Of a DNA stretch of 64,000 nt, positions 53,195 through 62,893 are shown one piece after another. This stretch comes from a virus. Its lineage: Duplodnaviria; Caudoviricetes. The translations under genes were made by a program, and so were the position numbers. Position 1 is the first letter of the stretch, and each line of letters opens with the position of its first letter. The notes under the pieces were generated by a model. That model searched no databases and had not been told where the DNA came from. It saw only the letters and a program-made list of their open reading frames with translations. The stretch covers positions 14,975-78,974 of the IMG/VR virus record IMGVR_UViG_3300032328_000934. One strand, written 5' to 3'.

Positions 53195-55395
53195 TGGCCG
53201 GTAACAAACAAAAATCATTAACGAGAATTGATAACAACTATCAAATAAATTTGCGTTATCCGGATATAAACGAGTTCCTAAAAGACACTTTTTTTGCACT
53301 ACAGAACAATCAGTCAGTTGAACGAACGTTACTAGCAAACCCACGAGTAGAGACGGGTTCAACACTGAGCGTATACACAATTGTTGTTGCAGGCTACTCA
53401 GTTCAAGTTTCGTTGGGCGACCTAGTTATTTACGGGTTTTCTCCGGATCAAGAAATTATTTATGATTTCTTGATTGCTCCCGAAATTTTAGGAGAAGTAC
53501 TCACAAGCTTTAATGCAAACCGCGCTACGCAAGATGCAAGATTGCAGTCCATACAGTCCGTTTCGCTGTACAATATGGAAAGCGCCGCTAATTTCAACAT
53601 TACCATTACTAGCAAAAAAGTAGCCGAACTTCTCAGCGAGTTGTTTACGACGTATGCAGATAACATAAAAACTGAATTAGGGCTACCTGATGATGCCGCG
53701 CTGCTGGATTATGTGCTTAATAACTTATTCTCTTTGGGCTTTACGTTTATTTGTAGCTACAGATTACAGCCGGATACAGATTACATCGCTGGTTTTAGAG
53801 TACCGGTAGAGCTTTCGTATCTAGTACCCAGTTTAATAAATCAGACTGCGGTAAAGTCAACGAGAATTGATGCCCCCGTTTACGATCCAAGTCAGCCGCA
53901 AAGAGCGCCTCAGCTTTTATTCAAAGGTATCTACGATTTAACAGGTGAGTTGCAATTAACACAAACTAGTGACTCTAGCAAATACGTCGACACTGTAAAA
54001 ATTGCGGTGACCAAAGGTGATCAGCCGAGAGAGTTTAGATCAGAGTTTAGAACCGCTGATTACGTTTGGCGTACTATAAGCGGAGTCGATAACACTCCGC
54101 CGACAATAACCTACAACTACACGTTTGCTGTACAGAATGCAGCAACTAAGTATGCGGGCACGTTCGCTGTGTTCAAAAGTTCGGCCAACACTACAGGGTC
54201 TCTTACGCTAAAAACTTCAAACTATGCGGTTCAGCTAAGAAAGTTTAAAGAAGTGGGCACTAATGTGGACAAGTACGCTGCAAGCATTTCATTTAATATT
54301 GCTAACTCAAACAGCAAACAGACTGCACTGAGTACATTGTTTACAAAAGTAGATGTCGTTGGAGGGGCTAAAGTGACCGCCGCACCTAATCTATTCTTAC
54401 AAGTAGATTTGCTAAATCCACTGGACAAGACGCGTGCAGTGTCTCCAAGTTCTACACTAGAGCGCTGCGTTCTTTTAACTACGCTTAATCCAAACAGCAC
54501 TTATCAAACTAATGTCAGTACGCAAACAACTCTTTCAGGTTGTTTTGTGTACACTTCAGCAAACACGGATGCAAATCGCAGTCAGTTTTCAAAGACAACC
54601 CAACGTGTTCTTTCTACTTACTCAGGTCTGCCCAATTTTACGAGTGCTGCCTTGGGAGTAATAACACCTAAAGTGGACCTCTCTGTGTCTACTGTTAATC
54701 CTAAAGGATTGTTAGCGGTAAGTTTGCAGTGGCCGTCTTTAACTGCTGGCGAACTTAAATCGTTACATCAGTTAACTACAGCAAGCGGACTTTCCGTCAG
54801 TCTGCTGGATTCATTTATGAATGTGGTTGCAGTTACTGACAAAGTGTACGACACAGCAAATAAACTAGCACGCCTTGAGTCGTCCTTGGTTAACCCGTCA
54901 ATTACTTATTGTGCTGAGATTGATTACACAAGTACTTTGCTCACGGTCAACGGGACTTCAATTAGCGGCCTTCTGACTTCGGCAGAGCGAGCGGTCGGGC
55001 CATCCTTACGCATTTTAAAGGGCCCGACAGTAATAACAAACCGTTTAATTGATTATACAACTTCTGAGTTTGCACTACGCGACAACATTTATTGTGTTGC
55101 AACTTGGAGTCAGCCCGGTGCAAACAAAGTTCCAATAACTAAATGGGGTTCAGTGTTGCATCGACCGGCGCTCGATCAAATGGACATTACGCCCGCAAGT
55201 ATAGCTATAAGTGCTGCTCAGAAAGTATCTCTAGCAAAGTCTTTGTTTTTAGGTATTACGACTCCGCCCAAAGTATACTCAATTTATGTACTACTGCCTT
55301 GGATAACCGTGCGCGATACAGGTGTTAAAAAGTCTATTATTCGTTCTGAGTTAGTCTCCGGTAAATATACATACGCATACGCGATAAAGGTGTAA
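53194..55395 (+). CDS. minor tail protein
   Basis: 733 aa, S/T-rich, synteny. Confidence 0.55.
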   Translation: MAGNKQKSLTRIDNNYQINLRYPDINEFLKDTFFALQNNQSVERTLLANPRVETGSTLSVYTIVVAGYSVQVSLGDLVIYGFSPDQEIIYDFLIAPEILGEVLTSFNANRATQDARLQSIQSVSLYNMESAANFNITITSKKVAELLSELFTTYADNIKTELGLPDDAALLDYVLNNLFSLGFTFICSYRLQPDTDYIAGFRVPVELSYLVPSLINQTAVKSTRIDAPVYDPSQPQRAPQLLFKGIYDLTGELQLTQTSDSSKYVDTVKIAVTKGDQPREFRSEFRTADYVWRTISGVDNTPPTITYNYTFAVQNAATKYAGTFAVFKSSANTTGSLTLKTSNYAVQLRKFKEVGTNVDKYAASISFNIANSNSKQTALSTLFTKVDVVGGAKVTAAPNLFLQVDLLNPLDKTRAVSPSSTLERCVLLTTLNPNSTYQTNVSTQTTLSGCFVYTSANTDANRSQFSKTTQRVLSTYSGLPNFTSAALGVITPKVDLSVSTVNPKGLLAVSLQWPSLTAGELKSLHQLTTASGLSVSLLDSFMNVVAVTDKVYDTANKLARLESSLVNPSITYCAEIDYTSTLLTVNGTSISGLLTSAERAVGPSLRILKGPTVITNRLIDYTTSEFALRDNIYCVATWSQPGANKVPITKWGSVLHRPALDQMDITPASIAISAAQKVSLAKSLFLGITTPPKVYSIYVLLPWITVRDTGVKKSIIRSELVSGKYTYAYAIKV

Positions 55396-55397
55396 AA

Positions 55398-58300
55398 ATG
55401 ACAATAGACAATGACTATTTGAAAAACCTAGGCAATGAGGGTTTTTCATATGCGGACTCGCATCAACGGTATAAAGTACAACTACCGTTACTGCTGTCTT
55501 ACCCATCTATCTCTGGTTCAAGAGATCCCAACGATCTGTTTAAAGACGACTCGCAATACTTGGCGTACCCCAGCGGTGTGCATCAGACAATGGTGGTCGC
55601 TAATCAACAAGATCGGTATGGCAGTTTTACAATTACAAGTAGTGGTGTATTTTCTGTGTACTTACAAGTTTCAGAGTATGCTGTAGATAACAACCCCGCG
55701 TTTATTGGAACGCCAACAGTAGTCTCCGGCGAAGGAGGGTCAACAGATCTTATCTTTGCTTCGTACTACGAAGACACGCCGCTTAATCCTAGTACCTATT
55801 CGATTCCGATTACAAACAACGGTACCCACTCTATCGTGTTTCCCTTCCCTGTAACCAGCAAAGCGTTCTTAGTAACTCACTCGGGGGACACAAATTACTC
55901 TATTTCTCAATTGTTGCCGCGTAAGCTTGTGCAACGGTATGACATTGAAGTTAATTCTATCAAGGCGTACCACGTCTCTGCAACTTTGATTGATACAATC
56001 GCATTGCAGGTCTCGGACTCGATCGTTGTTGGGCCCGATTTGATTGGAGCCAAGAGTATTGATGGTTCTAAGATTATTGACGGTACAGTGTCCGGCGTGC
56101 TTATTGCAAACGGTACAGTGACCGGTAACAAAGTGCTAGCTGGGACAATATCTGGTGTACTGATAGCGGGCGGTACCATCACGGGAAACAACATTGCCGC
56201 TAGTACTATATCAGGAGCCTTAATAGCGGCGGGTACGATCACAGCGGACAACATAACAACCAGAACTATTACCGCTGACAAGATTGTGCTGAGCGGTATT
56301 ACCGCTGATCTTCTTGGCCCTGAAGCGGTGACAGCAGCGGCACTGGCATCCGGCGCGGTCATCTCCGGTAAACTGGCCGCTAATTCAGTCTTGGCCAACA
56401 ACGTAACCGCAGGAGTCATTCAAGGTTACCATGTTGCTGCAAACACTATAAGCGCGGACAAGTTACAAGTAGTTCAATTAGATGCGATAGCCGCGAACAT
56501 GGGCACACTCACGGTTAACAGCGGTATCACCATAGGTACCGAGGGATACTTGTGGGCCGGTGCTGGTTCAGCTAGTGCACCGACGACTGGCCTTAAGATA
56601 TACACCACCAGCGGTATCAGCAGATTAACTACTTTCTCTGGCGGTATTTCTCAAATAGACATTGGTAGTGATGGTAAGTTATACGCGGGTAGTGGGCAAA
56701 GCTTAAAGCTAGATTCTACTGGTATAACTTTTAAACCAGCTGTACTCGGTAGGTCGTTTTTGTTTGGCCCTGCAACGCCGCCCGATGTAAGCGCATTTCC
56801 TACGTATCCACCGGTCACTAACCTCATTAAATTTAAACCGTACTACTATACAACGACGGCGGCTGACACCACTACGTTTTATGACTACAATCAAGATGTG
56901 TACAACTTTGTAGTAGGGGCAACGCAGCGGTATACAAAGTCTAATGCTGTCGGTAATTACCCATACACTAACGAAAATTTTAATGGAATTGACGCGGTTA
57001 TTCGCGCAGGATGGTCCTCCTCCGAGTCTACCGTTTCTGGATTTATAACAACGCATCAATCCTCACTCTCATTGTTAAGTAAAGCTACGTCCTACTCCAG
57101 TTTTTTAGCAGAAACAAATTTACAAAAACTTCAGTTTGACTCTAACGGGACACAGCTCACAGACACGTCTGGGCCGATGGTACTTTCCGCAGGTTCTATA
57201 AGTCTACAAGGATCTACAAATCAATTAGATTTAGATTACTATGGGGCGTCTTTTACGGGTCCCGTTACAGTCAACAATACACTAACGGCCGGTGCTACTA
57301 CCGTATCAGGTACTCTTAATGTAGCGGGCACGTTAAGTAGTACTGGGGCAGCGTCTGCCTCAAATTTATCGGGAACTAACACCGGTGACCAAACCTTACC
57401 TGTTTACGGAGATGGTGCAGACGGTGCAGTTACTTTTGACGGCTCCTCAGCCTATAGTTTTGCAACGTACTCAAGCGCAATTTACACATTAACAAGAGAT
57501 GTCTGGGCAACCACAATTAGTGTTTCTTCAGGTTATACAGTAATTACCGCGGGGTATAGACTTTTTGCTACAACTTCTATTAATGCGGCGGGAAATATTC
57601 ACAACAACGGTTCAAATGGTTCGGGCGCAGTAGCAGGCGCGGGCGGACTAGGTGGATTCTTTAAAGCAGGTGGGGCAGGAGCTGCGGGCTTACTTGCTGC
57701 TTCAGCGGGTGCAGCTGGGACTGCTCAAGCAACACCAACGGCAAACACTTGGGTTGGGGGTGTTGGTGGTAGGGGTGGTCAAGGTAGGCTAAATAACATA
57801 GGTTTTAACGGGGGGCAGATTGCTCCTACTAATGCGACAAACCCCGCAAATGCGGACGGAGGTTCTAAAGTCACTTCTAACTATGTAAATTATCTAACAA
57901 GGTACGTGGTTGGTGCAACTAATTGGCAAATGACCCCCTCAATCGGAGGTGGTGGTGGTGCCAAGTCAGTTACCGGAACTGCTGCTACCTCAGGCGCGGG
58001 TGGTGGTGGTGGCGGTATATGTTTTCTCGCCGCGCCTGTAATTACGGGTAGCGGAACTATCTCAGCAAACGGCGGTAGCGGTGGAAATGCTGCAGGAACA
58101 GGCGGGAGTTTTGGCGGTGGGGGTGGTGGAGGTGGTGGAGTCGTGTGTGTAATTGCGAAAACTTCTGCAATAACCCCGACAGCTACAGGGGGAACTGGTG
58201 GAACATCAGTTTTTGGAACAAACGGGACACTGCCCGTAGCTCACGCTTCAGGAACAAATACGACCGCTACACAAACATTAACTATAACTCCAACACATAC

Positions 58301-58934
58301 TTTATCTAAAGGTAAGCTTTACCTAATAACTGTGCACTTAAATGTCGCTGCAGGGCTCGGTGGTTCAGGAGTTAATAGCATAACGGGCTATGGAATAAAC
58401 TGGTATAATCTTAGTGGTTCAAGAGTCGAGTATTCAACTATCGCTGCTCCTACAAGAGCTCAAGAAACTTGGTACGGATTTCACACCGGAACCGAGCCTG
58501 ATTTAGTTGATAGTCTAGATATTGTTATAAACTTATCCAACATTAACACGGCAGCAAGGGCGATTATGGACGAAATTTCGGGTTTAGAGCTTAGTACCGC
58601 CATAACAGGCAATATTGCAACTAACGCAACTAACTCGGCAACAACACTTACGACCACACTGGTGACAACACCAACGACGGGAAACATGGTGTACTCCGTT
58701 TTTACAAGAAGTGGCGGGACTGCCCCTGTAGCAGGAGCCGGTAACGTATTATTAAACAATCAAGCAGTAGCCCCGCAAATTACAAGTCAGGTATCAAGTG
58801 CACAACAGGCAAACGTACAAACTCACACAACCGCAGCGGCAGTCGCGGGATTTTCTGTAGAACTTACGGCCTCGATTGCCGGAGCTAGCGGCTCTGATGG
58901 TTGGGCTGGAAAGGTGATTAGAATATATGGATAA
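55398..58934 (+). CDS. tail fibre / receptor-binding protein
   Basis: 10-residue (G/A)TITxxxIAA repeats at about 56040-56470, Gly-rich region at 57400-58200; followed by a fibre chaperone. Confidence 0.75.
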   Translation: MTIDNDYLKNLGNEGFSYADSHQRYKVQLPLLLSYPSISGSRDPNDLFKDDSQYLAYPSGVHQTMVVANQQDRYGSFTITSSGVFSVYLQVSEYAVDNNPAFIGTPTVVSGEGGSTDLIFASYYEDTPLNPSTYSIPITNNGTHSIVFPFPVTSKAFLVTHSGDTNYSISQLLPRKLVQRYDIEVNSIKAYHVSATLIDTIALQVSDSIVVGPDLIGAKSIDGSKIIDGTVSGVLIANGTVTGNKVLAGTISGVLIAGGTITGNNIAASTISGALIAAGTITADNITTRTITADKIVLSGITADLLGPEAVTAAALASGAVISGKLAANSVLANNVTAGVIQGYHVAANTISADKLQVVQLDAIAANMGTLTVNSGITIGTEGYLWAGAGSASAPTTGLKIYTTSGISRLTTFSGGISQIDIGSDGKLYAGSGQSLKLDSTGITFKPAVLGRSFLFGPATPPDVSAFPTYPPVTNLIKFKPYYYTTTAADTTTFYDYNQDVYNFVVGATQRYTKSNAVGNYPYTNENFNGIDAVIRAGWSSSESTVSGFITTHQSSLSLLSKATSYSSFLAETNLQKLQFDSNGTQLTDTSGPMVLSAGSISLQGSTNQLDLDYYGASFTGPVTVNNTLTAGATTVSGTLNVAGTLSSTGAASASNLSGTNTGDQTLPVYGDGADGAVTFDGSSAYSFATYSSAIYTLTRDVWATTISVSSGYTVITAGYRLFATTSINAAGNIHNNGSNGSGAVAGAGGLGGFFKAGGAGAAGLLAASAGAAGTAQATPTANTWVGGVGGRGGQGRLNNIGFNGGQIAPTNATNPANADGGSKVTSNYVNYLTRYVVGATNWQMTPSIGGGGGAKSVTGTAATSGAGGGGGGICFLAAPVITGSGTISANGGSGGNAAGTGGSFGGGGGGGGGVVCVIAKTSAITPTATGGTGGTSVFGTNGTLPVAHASGTNTTATQTLTITPTHTLSKGKLYLITVHLNVAAGLGGSGVNSITGYGINWYNLSGSRVEYSTIAAPTRAQETWYGFHTGTEPDLVDSLDIVINLSNINTAARAIMDEISGLELSTAITGNIATNATNSATTLTTTLVTTPTTGNMVYSVFTRSGGTAPVAGAGNVLLNNQAVAPQITSQVSSAQQANVQTHTTAAAVAGFSVELTASIAGASGSDGWAGKVIRIYG

Positions 58935-59148
58935 ACAAACACAAGACAAATGGAAGAACATAAGAAGCAACCGGAACGGACTTCTTTCGCAAACTGACTG
59001 GACACAGCTGGCTGATGTAGACTTAACTTTTGAACTAATCGAAGCAATGCAGATGTACAGGCAAAAACTAAGGGACTTAACAAAAGACTTTAACAATCCA
59101 GACGATGTGGTATTTCCGGATAACCCATTAGAATTAGGCTTATCATAG
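58927..59148 (+). CDS. tail fibre assembly chaperone
   Basis: IRSNRNGLLSQTDWTQLADV...YRQKLRDL...FP..P. Confidence 0.85.
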   Translation: MDKQTQDKWKNIRSNRNGLLSQTDWTQLADVDLTFELIEAMQMYRQKLRDLTKDFNNPDDVVFPDNPLELGLS

Positions 59149-59156
59149 CCGAGCAT

Positions 59157-59186
59157 TTGACAAACCAAAAATAAAAGGAGTATAAT
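59157..59186 (+). promoter_or_regulatory. sigma70-type promoter, probably giving a leaderless transcript
   Basis: TTGACA-N18-TATAAT ending 5 bp before ATG 59192. Confidence 0.7.
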
Positions 59187-59191
59187 GAACC

Positions 59192-59776
59192 ATGATAGTA
59201 TCGGCCTCAAATATGGATTACTTAATCGAGCCCGTACGTATGCGGCTGGGTGATTTTACAGGTACCTCATACTCAGACCCCTTAGTACGAACTTCGTTAG
59301 TAAACGCAGTAAAGTTTCTGCAAAAACGTTGGAGATCCAAGTACCAGATTGTTGGTTCCGGTACGATTGTTAGTCCTCAACCAGCGGGCGCTGCCGAAGC
59401 GGGTCAGATCTGGGTCAGTACTTCGAATGGGTATGCGTTTATTGATGCGGGTTTTGTACTCAATGATGTATTTAGAAACCCATTCTTGGATTTCCAACAA
59501 CCTAGCCCGCCGACTATTGAGCAGAATGATGAAGATGCGATTGTATTAACAGCCGCTTACCTTATCCATCTGGCAAAAATCACTAGTAGCTCCGCCACGT
59601 TCATATCGTGGTCTACAGAAGATCTACGATACACTAACACCGAGTCTTCAAAAGCAATGAAAGTCGTACTCGACGCATTGCTCGAAGAAATAAATTATCA
59701 GTTTAAGGTAAGAATCGCGGTGCCTAAATCGACAAGACAGCCGATTAATATTGTAACTGGTACCAAAATTTACTAA
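59192..59776 (+). CDS. putative head-tail adaptor/neck protein
   Basis: LIEPVRMRLGD....YSD..V...L..AV and S.STEDLRY pattern. Confidence 0.55.
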   Translation: MIVSASNMDYLIEPVRMRLGDFTGTSYSDPLVRTSLVNAVKFLQKRWRSKYQIVGSGTIVSPQPAGAAEAGQIWVSTSNGYAFIDAGFVLNDVFRNPFLDFQQPSPPTIEQNDEDAIVLTAAYLIHLAKITSSSATFISWSTEDLRYTNTESSKAMKVVLDALLEEINYQFKVRIAVPKSTRQPINIVTGTKIY

Positions 59777-59786
59777 AGGAGTTTTC

Positions 59787-60983
59787 ATGTCAAGAACTGT
59801 TCCAGCTAAGAAAAAAATGCTCTATGTTGGGGATTTTCCGGTACAAACCGGTTTCGGGGTTGTTAGTAACAACTTAATTGCGACGTTTCGTAATGAGTAT
59901 GATCTGCACATTATGGGCGTAAACTACTACGGAGATTACGATCCATTGTGTGAAGGGCTCCGCGTTTACCCCGCCAGCCTTGGTGGCGGTGATGTATGGG
60001 GCAAAGAACGCTTGGAAACCATGGTGCGATCGATTCAACCCGACGTGGTCTTTATTCTAAACGACTGTTGGATTGCGAACGATTACATGACTGTCCTGTC
60101 GGAAATTAAAGACATTCCGTTTAAGACGGTTTTGTATACTCCGATTGATGCAGAAAATGTCAAAGCAGACTTTGCAGCGGGGTTGGTGAAGTTCGACGCT
60201 GTGGTAAGTTATACCGAGTTTGGTAAACAGCAGCTAGACAAAGCCGATGTCAAAGACGTTCACGTGGTTCCTCACGGGATTGACCGCAATACTTTCTACC
60301 CTATCAATTTGCCTAAAGGAGCACTTCGTGCTCAAATGAAGCTTAAAGAAGACGATTACATTGTGCTGTGCTTGCAACGCAATCAACCACGCAAACGACT
60401 TGATCTAACCTTTTTCTATTTCGCTGAGTGGGTAAAACGCTATGACCTGCCCGAAAACGTGAAAATATACTACCACGGTGCCCTGCAAGACTTTGGTATT
60501 GACATTATTCAATGGTGCCAGTACCTCGGTATTGAAAATCGCTTGGTGATCTCCTCGCCAAATATTACGCCAAGTCGCGGACTTACACCGGCTCAGCTCA
60601 ATATGGTCTACAACAATGCTGACGTGTTTTTCACCACAACGGCCGCTGAGGGCTGGTGTCTGCCTGTGGCCGAAGCCATGGCTGTAGGTGTGCCAGCTAT
60701 TCTACCAAACCACTCTGCACTCGGTGAGTGGCCTCGCCCCAACGCTTTTTACATGGATTGTTATCCATTTCCGCAACTTACGGATCGCGGGCTGAACACG
60801 ATTCATCACGTCACTGAAATGGAGAGTGCGATCAACGCGCTACACAAGATGTACACGGACAGTGCACTTCGGGCTGAGTTAGGTCAACGCGCGCTCGCAC
60901 ACATGCGACAATCCAAGTTTTCTTGGAGCGTGATTGGGAAACAATTTGTGGAGATTATAAATGGATGTTTTAAGAATAAATAA
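59787..60983 (+). CDS. glycosyltransferase, GT-B fold (GT4-like)
   Basis: TGFG, HVVPHGID, RNQPRKRLD, AEGWCLPVAEAMAVGVP. Confidence 0.9.
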   Translation: MSRTVPAKKKMLYVGDFPVQTGFGVVSNNLIATFRNEYDLHIMGVNYYGDYDPLCEGLRVYPASLGGGDVWGKERLETMVRSIQPDVVFILNDCWIANDYMTVLSEIKDIPFKTVLYTPIDAENVKADFAAGLVKFDAVVSYTEFGKQQLDKADVKDVHVVPHGIDRNTFYPINLPKGALRAQMKLKEDDYIVLCLQRNQPRKRLDLTFFYFAEWVKRYDLPENVKIYYHGALQDFGIDIIQWCQYLGIENRLVISSPNITPSRGLTPAQLNMVYNNADVFFTTTAAEGWCLPVAEAMAVGVPAILPNHSALGEWPRPNAFYMDCYPFPQLTDRGLNTIHHVTEMESAINALHKMYTDSALRAELGQRALAHMRQSKFSWSVIGKQFVEIINGCFKNK

Positions 60984-61137
60984 GATTTGTGCAAAGTACA
61001 TAAAAAAGCTCTTGACACAGCTTGAAAAGTCTGCTACAGTTACACCAGAGATTCGAAAGGCGGTGCTTGACGAACTCAATTCGATGGCGAGAGAATTCGC
61101 CGCAATGCGTAAGGAGCATAATCCAGATGGCTTTTAG
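60961..61137 (+). CDS. small hypothetical protein (58 aa, absent from the ORF track)
   Basis: GGAG SD then MDVLRINKICAKYIKKLLTQLEKSATVTPEIRKAVLDELNSMAREFAAMRKEHNPDGF; overlaps both neighbours. Confidence 0.6.
   Translation: MDVLRINKICAKYIKKLLTQLEKSATVTPEIRKAVLDELNSMAREFAAMRKEHNPDGF
61009..61038 (+). promoter_or_regulatory. sigma70-type promoter for the replication genes
   Basis: TTGACA-N17-TACAGT with extended -10 TG. Confidence 0.55.
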
Positions 61138-61936
61138 CAAAATGATTGAATCGATCCCAACCTACAGCTCGCCCAATGCAGCCTCTCAGTCAAGCGTGTT
61201 CATTAATACACGCGAAGGTAAACGGGTAATTCGGTTTCTTCCTGATCCGATTAACCCAACCGAACCTATGGTAGGCCCAACGGTATTGTCCGTGTGGATG
61301 CCGGTCTCAAAGAACAACCAGTTGGTACAGCGTCGCATTTTTGTTGACAGTTTGACACGGGGTGTCTTACCGTCAAAGGTAAACGAAGCCGTCCGTTGTC
61401 GGTTCTTCATGAACGTGTTAGACAAGTCGATGGTTGTTAAGTTGGAAAACGGGTCGGTAGTCTACGCCAACAACCAGAATCAGTTTATTACTTCAGTCGA
61501 CGGTCAGACTAAGACTTTGACTGACTATCGCCCAGAGCGCCACATGGCTATTCAGGTGTTAGAGGGTAGTGTGTCTAGTGGCGAAGGTCGCAATGGCATG
61601 TTGAACGACATCGAAGAGCTGTCGAAAACTATCTTTGATGAAGAGACTAACAAGCTTGTTCCGATCACTGCCATCGATATTGAGATTATTACCCGTGGTA
61701 AGGAAATCAAGACCACACGTAGCGTACATGTAGGTGTAAACCGTGATCCAATTCCGGAACACTTACTGAGCGCACCTCGGTTTGATTTGGCTAAGTTTGC
61801 TCGCCCATTCCCAATGGATGCCGTTAAGGACTTGGTAAAGGGCGCTGACTATGCCGAAGTGTGCAAGGCTTACAACATCGAGGTAATGCCTAAGCTTGTA
61901 GAACTTCCCAAAGAACCGACCTTGTTCGATCAGTAG
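61127..61936 (+). CDS. probable single-stranded DNA-binding protein (gp32-like)
   Basis: VIRFLP, RF..NVLD, DI.I.T.G..IKT.R.V pattern; upstream of primase and helicase; AAGGAG SD before ATG 61127. Confidence 0.6.
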   Translation: MAFSKMIESIPTYSSPNAASQSSVFINTREGKRVIRFLPDPINPTEPMVGPTVLSVWMPVSKNNQLVQRRIFVDSLTRGVLPSKVNEAVRCRFFMNVLDKSMVVKLENGSVVYANNQNQFITSVDGQTKTLTDYRPERHMAIQVLEGSVSSGEGRNGMLNDIEELSKTIFDEETNKLVPITAIDIEIITRGKEIKTTRSVHVGVNRDPIPEHLLSAPRFDLAKFARPFPMDAVKDLVKGADYAEVCKAYNIEVMPKLVELPKEPTLFDQ

Positions 61937-61947
61937 ATTGCTGAGTG

Positions 61948-61985
61948 GATGGCGGTGAGTAACTCTCACCGCCATCTTTTTTATT
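61948..61985 (+). terminator. intrinsic terminator
   Basis: gatggcggtgag/ctcaccgccatc followed by T6. Confidence 0.85.
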
Positions 61986-61996
61986 GGAGGTGAAGA

Positions 61997-62893
61997 ATGC
62001 CGAGCGGGCACAAAGAGACTTGTCCTGAATGTGGTGGCCATAATCTGTACGTTACCCCGCACAATGGGCTTAAATACTGTTTTAATTGCGGCTATCGTAA
62101 CGGACGAAGTCAGAATGCAGTATTTGCAAAAAATTCCGAAACCATTGAGGAGATCCGAGATTACTACAATCGATGTGTTAGTTACTATACTAGCTGCTTG
62201 TCTAACGAGGCCTACAGCTACCTACAGTCACGCGGTATTAGTGACGCAGATATTAAACAACGGCGTATTGGCTTTTGTCCTGATACACACCATAGCCTAT
62301 ATGATTCACCGATAGCAAAGACCGCCGGGATAAGCACGGGTCGCAATTCTGTTCTGCACGGTCGTATTATATTTCCGTACCTAACCCCTACAGGCCAAGT
62401 CGTTGACCTGCGTGGTCGCGCGCTAGCAGATGATGCGGTTAAGTACAAAGGTCCATTTGGTTCGGCATTTACTCGCGGTGCAGACGAGTGGCCGTACGGG
62501 GCTGAGAGTGTGGGTAATTCGTTTCTGGTAACCGAGGGTGAGGTTAAGGCTATTGTCGCAACTCAGCACGGCTTCCCTGCTGTAGGGTTACCCGGGATTA
62601 ACTCTTGGAAATGGCGAACTCGTGAGTTGGCGGGGGAGTCAGTGACTATTGTCTTTGATTCGCAACAAGATCCCGCAATTAACGAGGCGGTGTATCAAGC
62701 AGTTGATAAACTTGCAACACGCCTAAATGAGTGTAAGGTAGTCACGCTACCACTGATGGGCAACAGCAAGATGGACTTAGACACTTTTATCCTGACGCGC
62801 GGTTTTCAAGAGTTTAAACTTATACTAGACAAAGCGTTGCCCTACACCACATGGGCACAACTACTGAGGAGACCTACATGCAACAAGAAATGA
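61997..62893 (+). CDS. DNA primase (Zn finger plus TOPRIM)
   Basis: CPEC..CFNC; GRIIFP; VTEGEVKA; FDS; KMDLD. Confidence 0.88.
   Translation: MPSGHKETCPECGGHNLYVTPHNGLKYCFNCGYRNGRSQNAVFAKNSETIEEIRDYYNRCVSYYTSCLSNEAYSYLQSRGISDADIKQRRIGFCPDTHHSLYDSPIAKTAGISTGRNSVLHGRIIFPYLTPTGQVVDLRGRALADDAVKYKGPFGSAFTRGADEWPYGAESVGNSFLVTEGEVKAIVATQHGFPAVGLPGINSWKWRTRELAGESVTIVFDSQQDPAINEAVYQAVDKLATRLNECKVVTLPLMGNSKMDLDTFILTRGFQEFKLILDKALPYTTWAQLLRRPTCNKK

Noticed and set aside
55398-58934. Diversity-generating retroelement target in the tail fibre
   Set aside because: No reverse transcriptase and no adenine-variant template repeat seen in the window
61022-61126. N-terminal extension of the SSB from TTG 61022
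   Set aside because: An SD-supported ATG lies at 61127, and the region encodes a different small ORF plus a promoter
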